Assembly (NCBI GenBank): GCA_012295275.1
Contig: CM022674.1
Location: 5,022,001-5,086,000, forward strand
Length of the DNA: 64,000 nucleotides
Direction of reading: 5' to 3'
DNA from: Chrysomallon squamiferum
Lineage: Eukaryota > Animalia > Mollusca
A program made the translations under genes and the position numbers. The notes below the pieces were generated by a model, which was not told the DNA's origin, ran no database searches, and saw only the letters and a program-made list of their open reading frames with translations. Shown piece by piece: positions 1 to 41,348 of the stretch (position 1 is the stretch's first letter; each line of letters starts with the position of its first letter).

Positions 1-517
1 TCTCTTTTTTTTCTACGTATCTTACTGTGTGACTTTTACCTACCATTCTGTCTGTATGTTTCTATATCTATCTATTTAAATATTTGTCTTTCGGTTTCTC
101 TGTGTCTTGATAAAAAATATATCTGTGTGTGCGTGTGTGTGTGTGTGTGCATGCTATATTTGTAAACATGTGTCTAATATCTATAAGCCTTTATGTTTGT
201 CAATTCATTGGGTGTCTGCCTTTAAAAAAAAAATTTGTATCTGTAAAGTAAAATATTTTAAAATAACCAATAATTTTAACAGTTAGCAGTTACAGCTAAA
301 GTTTATTTATTTATTTATTCATTTATTTATTTATTTTTCTATTTATTTATTTATTTTTTTTTTTATTTATTTATTTATTTATTTATTTATTTCAATTATT
401 TTTTGGCTGTTCTTGTTCTTCTTCGTCTTCTCGAAATGTAGCTATTTCTGAAATTTCAGTCCTTATGTCAAAATGTATAAAATTCTAGAAATCCAATTGC
501 AGTTTATTTTATCATCA

Positions 518-641
518 GTTAAAAAACAATTTTACTAACATGAATTAAAAACCCACTTTACTGTCGTTGGTTAAAAACCTATTTTACTGTCTTGAAATAA
601 AAACCTCTTTTACTAACTAGCACGAGTTAAAATCCATATTT
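518..641. repeat. Degenerate ~27-bp minisatellite (TTAAAAACC...TTTACT), 4-5 copies
   Basis: Recurrent ttaaaa(a)c-n-tttact units read by eye. Confidence 0.45.
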
Positions 642-2918
642 TCCTAAGATTCTGGATCAATGGTCGCATTCTGTTTTCAAGCTGCCGTGTCAACAATGTC
701 GTCTTCACAGTATTTGACGAAGTCGTTGTAGTTTGACGAGCTCATTGATGTTCCACTCCACGATGTATCGATATTACAGAGAGAGAGAAGCTGTTATTGA
801 TACTGGGGATGAAAAATTCGAGTTTTTGAAGAGATATGAAATTTAGAGGTTTTTAAAACATTTTTCAATATTTATATGATATATATATATATATATCAAC
901 GTTTTATCTTGTACGTCGTATCATCTACTTTATTTATCTGTCTGTATCTTTATATTTCACTAATTATCTATCTGTCTGTCTATCTATATATTTATCTATC
1001 TTTATTTTAATTATCTCTATATCAATCTCTATGTTTTACTTTATCTATCCATGTCAGTCCATAGCTCTGATCCTAACCATTTTATAAAATGATAAAAATA
1101 TATATAGCCAATATGTCATCAGTCTTGCCAGTATATCTTGTATTTCATCATCTATATTTTTCAAGTACTTATATGGGTTATGTTCAAACAAAAAAACCTG
1201 AACACGTTTATTTGCGTTGGTTTTTTACCAATAGTACTCTATTGAGATATATTCCGTGTTTGTTGATAAAGACAGATATTGAGACAGAAAAGTCTTTAGA
1301 ACAAGTCGGAGTATTATACGCATATTTTTCAATACTGAAGAAAATATTAGTTGGGCATAGCAGTAACAATAGGAGTATCAATGACTAAAATTATTTTTAT
1401 GTGATTTATATATTATTATTATTATTTTTTTTTTTTTTTTTTATTTATTTATTTTTTTTTTTTTTTTTTGCTTTTTGTAAAAAAATATATTTTATCTATA
1501 CAACAATAAATAAATAAATAAAATTAACAAATTCAGTAAATGAATACATGTTTGCTTAATGACATCAGCATATTATTGCAAACTGCTCTTACCTTTATTA
1601 TTTTGTATTATTCTTGTTTTTGTTTTGTTTTCTGAATCTATTAAGTTACGGAATACTTTATATTGGTCTTTCCTTATATATATAACTTGGTCTGGTGGAT
1701 TTATTGTTAAACATTGTTTTTATTCTTACCTGTATTAAATCCCAAATACAAGCTGTAGCATTATTTTATTTTCTATTCTTTCCTTACGTAAGTATCTTTA
1801 ATGATTATTACGTAATCAGTTATTTTTCGTTTGATCGCTTTTTCCCTGTAAGTTCATTCATGTAATTTGTTGGTGTTTTTTAATATAAGGAGACTCGGGA
1901 CATGACGTCAAAACATGACACAGCATTCACACCCGAATTAAGGATTTTTTTTTTTTTTTTTTTTTACACAAAGTATTAAATATGAATTAACAGTTTACGC
2001 AGAATGTGTTATCAATAGGAGGACTGCCACTTTTCATTCAATAGAATGTAGTTTTTTTTCTTTTCTACTCATCGTACAATCAAAAGATAAATATGTGAAG
2101 ACCAATAAATGTGTTATATAGACAAACAGATAGATGGATAGATAAAAAAAGAAAAAAACACCTTTTATCTTTTCTTTTCTTCTTTTTATTGTTTTATATC
2201 TTTCTAAATGTCTTTTTTTTTTTTTCTAAAAGACCAATACATATGTCATTCAACATCATTAATCATTTTCTAATTGTTTTTAATTTTTATCTTTTTCCTC
2301 TATCTTTTTTCTTTTCTTCTAAAAGAGCAACACATATCTCATTCAAGATCATTAACAATTTGCTTTTTGTTTTTAGTTTTTAATCTTTTTATTTTTTATT
2401 TTTTGTTATTTTTTTATTCTTCTTAATCATTGTTTTATAAAGACATAAATGCCATCCATTCATTACGACGTGGGATCAATACAGACACTTACCGTTTATG
2501 TATTCGGAAGTCGTCGTAAAGAGCTACATAGGAATTTGTAGACAGACGACAATTTAGCTAAATGGTAGTCAAATTTGTCCATCAATAAAGGAGAGCAACG
2601 GTAATCTGCTGGAACCTTTCTGACATAATTACAAAGGAAACATTATGTTTTGTGTTTAGCTGAAGATATATATTCGTGGTTTATAGATATTTAGAAAACT
2701 ATACACTGGGAAACGTGTGCTGATATATAATTAATAAACGTGATTATACGGAAAAGCATGTACAGGTGAAAGTTGTTGTATTCTTATTAATTGCAGAGAA
2801 AACAAAATGAACAGTTCGGTTTATTTATTCATTTCAGTACGTCTGCAATAATTAAATTTATTTTTTTAGACGATTGTAATTCGGATTCACTGCATTCTTT
2901 TCTTCTTCTTCTTCTTCT

Positions 2919-2962
<44 letters not shown>

Positions 2963-4692
2963 GTTTCTCTCTTTTATGTTTCTTTTCTTTTCTTTCATTT
3001 CTTATTTTATTCTGTTATTATTTACTTATTTTATTCGTCGCAGGTATTAAATATTTAAGACGAATATGGATACCACCATCCATGTCTTCGGAATATGTCC
3101 TCTAAATTAATTGTCAGTCGAAATTTCGACGTATGGATACCATCTTCGGATAGTGGCAGTCCTCTAACAAAACGATTTTTTTTTTTTTTTTTAACTTCTT
3201 TAACGACAGAGTAAAGCTAAGCAAATATTTGTTGCTGAATCCCACTACCTGAGTTTATATTGATCTCAGTGAAACAGCAGTAATGTAACAGTGCCACAAA
3301 TCTTGCACTTTTAACATCTTTCGTCGTTCTGTCGCTAAATCTCCAATTAATTTTTTTTTTTTTTTTTTTTATCTTTTGTTTACTTGCTCAGAAACGTGAA
3401 GCATTGAATATGTTTACTGGACGTGATCAAAGGTAACATTAAGTCGATCTTATCAGGTCTTTGCTTCTTCAGACGCTTTTTATTTTTATTTTCATATTTT
3501 AAATGGGAAAATAAAAATAAATAAATAAAAAAAATTAATTTAACTAACTAACTAAATAAATAAATAAATAAATAATTTAAATAATAGCGTAGAAATTTTA
3601 AAAAATATATATATTTAGGACTTCCATATTTTTTCTTTTTAATGAAAAGTTAATCATTAATTTCATTGCTACCATATGATGAAAATATTTTAAATAAAAT
3701 AAATATAAAATAATTTAAAATATATATATTATATATATATATATATATTTTTTTTTTTGTAATTTTATAAATGGATAATCCTGTGGCTCCTTTGATTAGA
3801 AATTCCGATTTATTAAATTTACCCTCTCTCGTTTTTAAGCGCTGTTTTGTTTTATCGATATGTGGCGGTCCTCTCTGTTGTAAACGGGTCTGTTGCTTTC
3901 ACTATTGTATTAAATTAATAGATAAATATCAAACACAATCGTTTAAGTTTCTATGGCGGATTTTACTACTTATGGATGAAATCTTAGCTACAAATAAGAA
4001 GAAGATCAGCAATTAAAAATAAAACAAAAATAAGAAAAATCAAAAATCATATAATATTAGCTAATAGTTTTTCAAGTCTAGTATTTTCAGTGTACCTTAT
4101 AAATAAATAAATAAAAATAAAACAAATAAGTAAATAAATAAATAAATAAATAATAAACCTTTTGTTTGGTAAATAATTTTGAAACATTAAACGGAACGGA
4201 AACTAAATGTTCTAAAAAAACCCACTAACATCGATGAATTATATTTCTTATCTAGGTCACTTAGTAGTTAACTGTAGCATAAACCACTGGTCGTTAATAA
4301 TAATAATAATAATAATAACGTAGTAGAAAAATTATTTTAAAAAATCTTTAGTAATTATAGGTCTAGAAAATCAAGGCTCACGTAGTCAGTTCATTTGAAA
4401 ATATGTTTGTGTACATCTAATTTTTCTATCTTTTTTTTTTATTTTTTATTATTATTATTCAGCGAGAAAATTAAATTACAGGCTACAAGAAGAAGTACAA
4501 GGTTATTCCTCAAATGAATGTCATTCGATATCCGTTGTAATATTATAGATCTAAAAAAAAAAAAAAAAAAATCGATTGTCTCCCTTCTGTAGTTTAATTT
4601 TTTTTTTTTTTTTTTTTTTTTAATTATTATTATTATTATTTGTATTGGTTATAATACATACTTATACATACTTATACATACATACATACATA

Positions 4693-4725
<33 letters not shown>

Positions 4726-4987
4726 AATAATAGATGATCTACCTTTCTGAGTTTAAACTGCAAATCAAGGCCATTTGTTCTCGTTTCTTAAAACGTTACA
4801 TATTTTCTGTTGACGTTGTTGTTGTTGTTGTTTTAAATATACGACTATATCAGTAGTAAATAATCTTGTTAGTTAACAAAACTAATGTTTATCTATCTGT
4901 GATCAGAAATTATATGTTTAATTTTATAAACATGATTTACATCCAGTAACATATGCGTAGATGCATATATCTATCTATCTATCTATC

Positions 4988-5050
<63 letters not shown>

Positions 5051-5106
5051 CACTCTATTAGTATGTTTGAATGTATATGTATGTGATGTGTGTGTTTGTT
5101 AAAATA

Positions 5107-5166
<60 letters not shown>

Positions 5167-5584
5167 CTGTATGAAATAACTACATTGCTGAGATTTAAAA
5201 TGTCAAGGTAAAACAGATGTCCTGCACTCACTTGAACGTCATTAACTCATTTCGATGATGTGATATCTGTGTGTTGAAGAATGAAAATCGAATTAAACGA
5301 ATTCGACTGACTGATGGCGTGGTCCACTCATCTCGTAATTTTTACCCACGAACAGAGATCATTGGCTTCGATCTGTCAACGTTTCTTTATCCAAGCCCAG
5401 AATCTCCTAAATTAGTTCAATTGGAGCAGTGGTTTTGGAAATATAGGGCCATCGAAATGTTTTTTTTATTGTTGGTAACCAATGGGTCGATTTTGATGAG
5501 TTTTGGGAAAGCTAACTTGATAAGGTTTCCAATTCTCTTATTATTTCCTTCAAAGGTGCAAGGTAAATTTTGGTTTGGGGGTGA

Positions 5585-5616
<32 letters not shown>

Positions 5617-5734
5617 CGTGGGGAGGGAGTGGTGATGATTTGACTTGGAACGACCGTACTTTAATTTTACATATTAAATAATCTACGTAATAAGGACATT
5701 GGTACCGTGTTTTATATTATTTATTTATATATGA

Positions 5735-5754
5735 AATAATAATAATAATAATAA

Positions 5755-5785
<31 letters not shown>

Positions 5786-5806
5786 AAGAAGAAGAAGAAG
5801 AAGAAG

Positions 5807-5839
<33 letters not shown>

Positions 5840-5866
5840 AATAATAATAATAATAATAATAAAAGC

Positions 5867-5924
<58 letters not shown>

Positions 5925-5943
5925 GTAGTAGTAGTAGTAGTAA
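5735..5943. repeat. Compound trinucleotide microsatellite (AAT)n(AAG)n(AAC)n(AAT)n(AGT)n
   Basis: Seen directly; representative of dozens of (AAT)n, (CT)n, (CA)n, (AAAT)n and poly-A/T tracts in the window. Confidence 0.95.
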
Positions 5944-6517
5944 TTTTTCTTAAACACTGTACATCTGTCTAGCACACTATTCCCACTCATACTATCAGTC
6001 TGTCTGTACGTATGTACGTATTTATCTTTATCTATGCATCTGTTTGTTTCACTCTCTCTCTCTCTCTCTCTTTCTATGTATCTCTCCACCTCACGAAATT
6101 TCATTTCTCTCATGGTATACACCAATACCTATCTCTGTCTCTTTTGTATACATTTTTACGACAGTCTAAAACGATAATGACCAATATAAGAGACATTAAT
6201 GTACAGGAAATGATGCATGGGGACAATTTGTACACAGAGACATAAAGAGCAATTAAACGATGATCGATGACCCATTCATTAGTACAGATTTATCGATTAC
6301 TATCGATAATCGTTCGCGGGAGTTATTTACCTTGATCTGTCATTATGATAATCGATATCGCTATCAAAGAACGATAATTATACGGTGGCGCTAATTAAAA
6401 TTACAGGTAGCAGAATCGTTCTCGATTTTTCTTTGATTTATCAGGAAACGAGATATTGTTATTAACAGATCATTTAATTTTCGTTATTGTTACCATTACC
6501 ATTACTATTACTATTAC

Positions 6518-6566
<49 letters not shown>

Positions 6567-6588
6567 TTATTATTATTATTATTATTAT

Positions 6589-6648
<60 letters not shown>

Positions 6649-7090
6649 CACAATTTAAGAGAAAAAATATATGTAAGTACGTACCAATGTATGTGTGCAC
6701 CAATGTATGTGTCTGTATGCACTCACGCACAAACACACACACATACACATAAGAAAGAAACTTATTTATTTGTCGAATCAGCACTCCATTTAATGGACTA
6801 AAATGGGAGAAAGATCCGAATTTTACGAAGAGTGTTACAAACAGCAAAAATAATTTTATTAACAATGTGGAATTAGGTACAAAATTAAAATTATATTAAA
6901 TTCATAGCTTTTAGTTAACAGCAGATAGAGTTTATTTTCACATAATCGTCGTGGAAGTCGGAACAAATTATTCCGAGTCAGTCGAGAATATTTGTAAATC
7001 TTGCACTTTGTCTCGATTTTCCAAAATCCTGAAGATATGAGTCAATTAAATGAAGTGTCGAATGTATGCGTATGGTTTCTATACACAAAT

Positions 7091-7192
<102 letters not shown>

Positions 7193-8458
7193 CTCTCTCA
7201 TCTCCATACATCCACACACTCACAAAATAATGTATGCACGTATAAACAATCTATTCCATCGCATTTTGTATAGAAAGACAGAATAAATGTGTACACATAT
7301 CTATATAAAAAAAAATAGCAAACAAATAAAAAACATACTTATCGCAATAAATAAAAAAATAAATAAATAAAAAAACAATTCTTGACAACGCCTTATCTGT
7401 TTTACGTTGAACGAAAAACCGTTCACCCAGCGTCACTCAGTCGTTATTAAAGGCAATCAGTCGGTTCTGTTAATCAGTTAAAGGGATATCCCAATCACGA
7501 GAGCAGATGATCTCGTTTCTTGTATTGACAGAACTTCGCTAATGACACACGCAGTGCGCCAATTACGCACACCGATCACTAGTTCGATGTACGCAAAGTG
7601 GTCGCATTGAACTCCTGATAATGACGATGTTTGTTATTCTCCAAATTTACCTTGCTAATCCTCGATCGCAGCTTCGCATTGTTGTTGACGTGGACTTGCG
7701 TACAACAGTGTTATTAAGGAACGGAACGTAATTTGGTTAAAAAGCTGTAGTGCACATTGGGTGCAGAGGTACATGTTTAAACGTTTTCCTGCATAAAATG
7801 TCTTAATGATTTTTTTTTTTTTTTTTTTTTTTTTTGAGCAAATGTAACATAACAATCTCAAACAAATATATATATATATATTAGGCACTTAACGATACAC
7901 AAACATATACATACTTTAAAGACGCATAAACATATACGAATGCAAAACTCACTCGCAGGCGCACACAAAACACGAACTCTGTCGTCCGGAAATACAGCCA
8001 TTGTAACACGCAACAAACATACACACGCATGCATGCACAGACACACACGTGCAGCCATTACCCACAAAATCACACGTATATATATAAATATACAAACCTT
8101 TCGATACATGAATCCAACAAACAAAGAATTCAACCTGGACACGCAACACTGCAACTTCAATCACAGTAAACATTAATACGTTATCTGCGATTAGCAAAAA
8201 AAAAATTATCTGTCGTCCATCAAATTAATATCATTGTAATATGCTGATTGCTTTTGTCACGTAAAAAGTAATACGTACTTGGTCGGATTTTCTCCTGGTG
8301 AGGCTCTGTTTTACCCAGAAATTAGGGAGGAGGAGGCCCTATTTGGGAATTAAATATTGAAATAGTTGAACTTGGCCTTTAAAGTACTATTAGACGCTTG
8401 ATCTCATATTTTGGCAATGTTTGCACAATAATAATAATTGGACATTTGAGGTCATATT

Positions 8459-8519
<61 letters not shown>

Positions 8520-8573
8520 TAATTGTAGTGGTAGTAGTAATAGTAATAGTAATTATAAACATTCTTCTTTTTC

Positions 8574-8613
<40 letters not shown>

Positions 8614-9007
8614 AATCACTATTGCTATTCTTATCATTATTATTATTACTATTACTGTTAAAACTACTATTGCTAATACTAATGCTAATACTAATTATTA
8701 TTATTATTAGTAGTAGTAGTAGTAGTAGTAGTATTTTATTAGTATTAATAAAATTATCATCAGCATCATAACAACAACAACAAAAAACCCTGAACTTTGG
8801 ACTTTTGTGCTGTTAGTGTTTATGCAAATGGAAACCATAGAAACCTGGTTCCTAAGTATTAAGAGAAGAAACCCGTATGACAGCTAAACTTGGCCCACCC
8901 AGGAACATGAATCTCTTTAACGTGTTGGAAGTTATAACTGTTAGGTTCCGTAATTCGTAAGTTGTTACGTCATCGATAGGGCAAAAAAAAAAAAAAAAAA
9001 AAAAAAA

Positions 9008-9061
<54 letters not shown>

Positions 9062-9071
9062 AATAATAATA

Positions 9072-9103
<32 letters not shown>

Positions 9104-9760
9104 AGCAATAAATAAATAAATAAATAAAAACAAAACTTTAACATCTCATATCTCAAGCGACACATTTTATAACTATCTAAAAATTCACATAATTAAAGAT
9201 ATAGTTACTGTTCGCCACTGGACAAATTAATTAATTTGAAGTTAATTTCTCTATTAGATTTTTACTTCAGTCCAAAATAAAAATTAGATTTGAGTTGATA
9301 AAGTTCAGTGCGTTTTTGTGTGTGTGTGTGTGTGTTTGTGTTTTGTTCTGTTTTTTTTTTTTTTTTTTTTAATTTTTAATTTATAATTTGCCCACCCGAT
9401 AGTAAATATATTCAACCAAAATCAGTTTTTATAAATATCACATAGAACAGTTTCCGTATTTAGTTGTTTTTTTTTCTCTTTGATTTATTTCCTTTACTAA
9501 CGTTCATTTTTATCACCTGCGAAATGAAATGGATTGAATAATAATAACAAAGTTAAAATTTACGTAAATAAAATAAGGCATTAATAATTCAAAACAAATG
9601 AATCACGAAGAAAATAAATAAATAGGTTTTCAATACGGTATAAATAAATTAATTAACAAAAGAAAGAATAAACAAAAAAAAACGGAAAGAAACAAGTAAA
9701 TAAATTAAAGAATAAATAACAGAAAAACAGACAAATAAAAAAAAAGGAACAATGAAAAAG

Positions 9761-9805
<45 letters not shown>

Positions 9806-10139
9806 GTCAATTTATAACTAAAATCAATCGACGTACAAAACACGACTAACCAGCTAGACAAACACCCTCACATAACGACGAAAAAACAAACAACAGTAAA
9901 GACGCGACAACAACGACATCTACGAAAGCAAACAGTCAACATATGAGAACGTCGTCTGCGTTTAACAATCTGTCAGCAACCCGCAAAGCCCGCGAACGTT
10001 GCCTCGCTCTTTCATTGATCGAAATCCTTCGACGTCTGCCAGCGTTCGTTCGTCTGCGAATTCGCGCGCGCGCTCTCTCTCTCTCTCTCACTATTTCTCA
10101 CCTATAAACAGGCCTCGCTTCTCGCGCACGAGCTTCGAG

Positions 10140-36156
<26,017 letters not shown>

Positions 36157-39090
36157 CTAGGCACCTAATCAATCAACAACGACAACGACTACATATTTTG
36201 TGGTAGACTCAGAAATGGAATTTTAATTTCGTGGATATTAAAGGACGGGCTGTGTTATATATTTAAATTGGATATAATGCAACTGGATATTAGACAAATG
36301 TTGTTGAAATGTTTATTTTATAAACAAATATTTAGTGCTGATGTATTTAAGAAAGGTACACTAGACAATCATTTTCATACTAAATTAACGCTCCAGGGCT
36401 CTTGGAGGAATTTACGTGTGTAACAAACAAAATGGCGTCATGAAACAATTTGCGATTTTCAAGTACTGGAATTCATTTTGAAATACGATTAATATGCAGT
36501 TCGAACTATAAAATATACACTTCACTTTTACGATAGTTGCTGCAAAATATAGTTCCAAATACTTCCATTTATTCCAAATTTATTGTGATACATTTTTAAG
36601 ACAAGTTTGTAAAAACGTAATCGTAGATAGTTTACAAACACTGCATTTGTTATATAGTCGATTTGTTTTTATACGTTGAAACCAACTTTGAAGGATTCTG
36701 TAAAGAAAATGATTTAATACGCTCTTGGAAAGTGTATGTGAAATATTTTAAAGGCTTTATGGCTGAAATGTAAAACTGAAGAGAAAATCGAATAATAAAA
36801 AAAAGAAAGTTTAATAACAAAGAACGAAATATAATACGACTGCTTGAACCTGTACAGCAAAGGGATACATTTTAATTAAAATGAAGTGTGATTTTTCACT
36901 TAAGAAAAAAAATCGTCATTTATTTAATATTTTCGATTCCATGCATGTTTTGCAGCTTTGCCTTGGGTTCAAAACTAGTGGAAAATGTGTAGCATTTTAC
37001 AGGTAACACATGTAACAAATACAATCGAGCAAAAGGTTACGAAGACGTTTTAATTAGTTCGTATATCGTATTTCACATTAATATTTACACTGTGCATGGC
37101 AAATCATAAGCAGCGAAAAGGAATCGCAACAAGTAATCAAGAAATTTGCGTGATTCATCGGAGAAATTGTGGTTAAAACTTAGTACAATCAATCCATAGT
37201 CCTCATATCTGATAGGTTCTTGGATCTCATCATGGAACTGGCTGTTAAAGGAAAACTATCATGGAGATGAAATAATTACATGCTATCTTTGAACTAGCCG
37301 TATAACGACTAACATCGTAATTTGTACAGAACTTTTTCTCCCAAAGAATCTTGCCGATAATAGATCTGTTCGGACATTCAGTGGATTTAAAAGCACTTTA
37401 TAAAGCTCGACTGATAATTAAGTTAAAAACCATTATGTTAAAAGATATTATTAATTCAAACTGAATAGCAGACGTGAAATAATTATTATTATATTTTTAA
37501 ATCTAGTCATTTAAACATTCTGTTGTTTATTTTTTTTTTTTTTTTTTTATTTATATATTCTTATTTTTATTTATATATTTTTATTTTTATTTTTTTTAAT
37601 CTGTTACAGCGACTGTATTTTTCTGAGTGACAGTTTATTTTACAGAAGTCAGGGAAAAGTTGATTTTTCTGGAGTTATGATGTTGCTTGAGATGTAATCT
37701 TCACGTTTTGTTACTGCAATAATCAGTCACATCGGTTTTTGTTGAAATGAGACGAAGAAAACGTTAACGGTTTCAGAAAAATAAATATTACAAAAGTTTT
37801 CAAATAAAACGTTTCATTTTTTTTTTTTTTTTTTTTTTTTGTATTGCACCATTTCCTAATCTTTATTTCATTGTTTTCTTTTCGTCTTTTCGTTTTTGTT
37901 TTTAATTTATTTTCCATCCAACTATTTATTTATGAAATATAAATCACATTTTCAGACTTCATAAACTAGTTTTTTCCCTATAATGCTTCATTATCTAAAA
38001 CAAGAGTAAAATTATAAAGATAATAAATATAAATAAATAAATAAATAAATAAAAGACAGTAACCTCAATATATTACGCTTCAAAACGTTATAAATAAACA
38101 TTTTAACAAAAACCAGTCTGGAGCAACTTCTATTATTATATTTTGTTATTCAAAAGATAATTTACAACAAATATTAAGCTGTTGATATATTTAAATGTAG
38201 AAAATACTGTTCACAGATTTTTCAAAAAAAACGAAAGATGGTTTTAAAAATAATTTGTTTGTTAATTATTTTGTTAAATCCACACCACCAATAAAATTAT
38301 TTCATATAAGGACTGCCAGTAAAAAAGAAACTGATATATTAAAAACTGTCACTATATATATATGAGATTGCTACTAATAGAATTGTTTGGTGTAAGAGGA
38401 CTGCCACTTAATGTTTCGCAAATAACGGTGACGTAAACCACAGAAAATGTTGATGTCATGAATAGTCTAATATGCATTTATAATTATTTCAAAATACATG
38501 TAGTTTTAGAAAATATATACCAAAAATTCTATTATCTTTTTAAAGAAGATCTTTGATAAATATTTTGAAAAAAGAAACTGTAGTAATAATGATTACGGCG
38601 ATGATGATGATGATGATGATGGCAAAACCCTCTTGGATTTTGTAATAATGCCCTTCCCACTTAAATCTTATCTAGTTTTAATTTTAGTTGTAATATTTTA
38701 GGACATCAGTGCCTGCGACATTTTATTCGTTTGTTTGTTTGTTGTTGACTTTATTTGTATTTTTATTTTTTTGTTGGGGGATTACATTTTTTTTTTTTAT
38801 TATTCTTTTTTTAATTATTTGGGGGGGGGTCTTCTGTTTGTTTGTTGTTGTTTTTTTATTTGTTAGTTTACAATTTCAAAAATGTGCAGGAAATAATCAC
38901 TAGATATTTTTATATACTTTTGTTACTTGTTGAACATTTTGTTTCACGTACTGTTCTCAAATAACAAAAACTGTTGCACATATCAGACAGTTTTTTATTT
39001 GTAATTTTGTCACAGAACTGCTGAAACTGAAAATGTATTTTTATCTGGGGTGTTTTGTTTTTTTTCTAGTCAGAATTATTAGTGTAAAAT

Positions 39091-39654
39091 CAGGGCTAGA
39101 TTTAAACACGACGAGCACTTAAACTACAGGAACGTGGAGAGGTCGTATTTAAGAATCTACAGAATCTCTGTGTATCACTTCTGTGACAAAAGCAGTCTGA
39201 AGTCTATCATGTAGCGAACGCTGCTAGACATATTTCATAACGGTCCTCGTTCGAACATAAACTTTTGACTTGACTGAATAAATAAATACATTTGTTAGCT
39301 CTGAACATGACGTTTCAAGTCTTATTTGGCCAAGGCAACATATAACACTCTTTGTAATTTATGGCTTTCTTTTTTACTCAAATGTAAAAGTGATGCCCTG
39401 AGCTATGGTATTTGCAGAGGGTCTGTTTAAATAAAGATTAACACGGCAGAAGGCTGTGTAACAAGTGTATTTGGCTCCTTTGACTACTAAAGGTTGAAAG
39501 TGCCCTCTAGCTAAATTGTACCAATAACAGATTTATTCCCACTTCGTTGCTCTGTCAGAAGTTCAAAAGACTGTTGGTAAACTTATAACGAATAAGGCCG
39601 AACTACAAGTAAATTCTGAAATCTTTAGCGTTATCAAATTTAAATCCAGCCCTG
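39091..39654. mobile_element. Non-autonomous DNA transposon (MITE, probably hAT), 564 bp
   Basis: Terminal inverted repeats CAGGGCTAGATTTAAA (39091-39106) and TTTAAATCCAGCCCTG (39639-39654), 15/16; a CAGGG start is typical of hAT; no clear target-site duplication. Confidence 0.7.
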
Positions 39655-39839
39655 ATTAAATATTTTTTAAACACTGATACATTTCATACACTGTTATTTT
39701 GTTTCGAAAAAATAAAATCATTTTATTGGAATTACTACTTGTTATTTTTATTGTTACTGCTGAATTTTGCTACAGCTTTAATACTGAAAGGTATAAGGCT
39801 GTGATTCTTTACAAAACATATATATATATAATGTACTGA

Positions 39840-41305
39840 CAGAAATTAATGTTGTATAAACCACGAACTGAAACTCCTAGAGTTTTTATCTGTGCGTCTT
39901 CAAGCTGTAATTGTTTTATATTCCCTTCAAAAACACAAAAAAGAAGAAAAAAGAGAAGAATATGGAGCATTTTACACATCTCTTGAACTAGTTCTGACTC
40001 AGAATAGATAATCTGATAAGTGAACATCACATGAGACAACAAAATCTTGAGAAGAACGCAGTGACAGCTGCCCTTGAAGATGGTTTTATGAGATCTTCCA
40101 GAGGTGACATCTTTCTTTTCTTTCTTCAGCATTGACAAGATGCTTCAGGATTCATTATGATAATAACCGAAATCGTGTCTGCTTCTTTGAGAGCATGCTT
40201 CAGTACTTTCTGTAGAAGATGACATTTTCCTTATCGTTTATTTTTTTTTTTTTTTTTTTTTTCAGTAGCAAATAGTCTCAAGACATTCTGAGAACGGGGC
40301 GAAGACCAGCAGTGTAGTTTGTGACTTCGTTTTCGTCTCCGTTATCTTTATTACGTGGCTTTTCCTTCAGATCGCTCACGGCAGCACTGTGTGGTTTATT
40401 TGTCTGTGATATTTCAGAGGCGTCTTCCTGAACAGAAGGATCCTGACATACTGTTGCTGTGCATTAGCTGCTATAACCCAGGAACAGCTGACCGCCTAAA
40501 TGTTAACAGCATCTTGATCTTATCGTTACAACCTGTGGCATCCTTTGTAAGTTCCTGGGGAGTATTCAGAACTAATACTCCCTCACTTGAACATTTGACT
40601 CTGTATGATTCAGGAGTCAGAGTTTGACTGTGGATTTTTTTCTTCTTCCTCTTCCTCTTCTTATTTATTTTATTATTATTATTTTATTATTATTATTTTT
40701 TTTTTTTTTTTCATTAATTTTCGTCATCACAATAAAGTTATAGGACACTTCAATAGTCCTGTCTCAGTCATCACTGGACATACCGGTTGAGATCCACGAA
40801 CTAAACTCCAGATATCCTTCAGCTTATAATATCAACAGTGGTCGTTGGTACTCATTAAAAACTACCAGTACTGGATCTGCATTGAAGAAGTTTGTGGACA
40901 AACTGGATTTATAGATCTTTCCATTGTCATTGCACCATCTATTTCTTTCAGAAAAGCTCATCACTGAACATTAATCCTGATTCATGACATCTGGCTGTTT
41001 TCCTTTCTGCGTGATACTATCCATCAGCAGAAGAATTTGTTCTTTATCTCTGGACAAAATATTTGTAAAATATTCGTCAAACAAGCGAAGAAGATGTCAA
41101 CCACATTTTTCAGTTGAATACTTCAGCGTCTAGTTAGTGACAGTGCAGTTAAATCACGACGAAACAGAATACTCAGCGCTTTACAAACTGCAACGTTGAC
41201 GCTGTTCATCTTGTTTTTGTTGCTGTGTTTTACCACAGTAGTAGCTGAACAGCTGTACATTGGCCAAGGGTATCTCTGCACATACTGGCGTCTTCTTTTT
41301 ATCTT

Positions 41306-41348
<43 letters not shown>

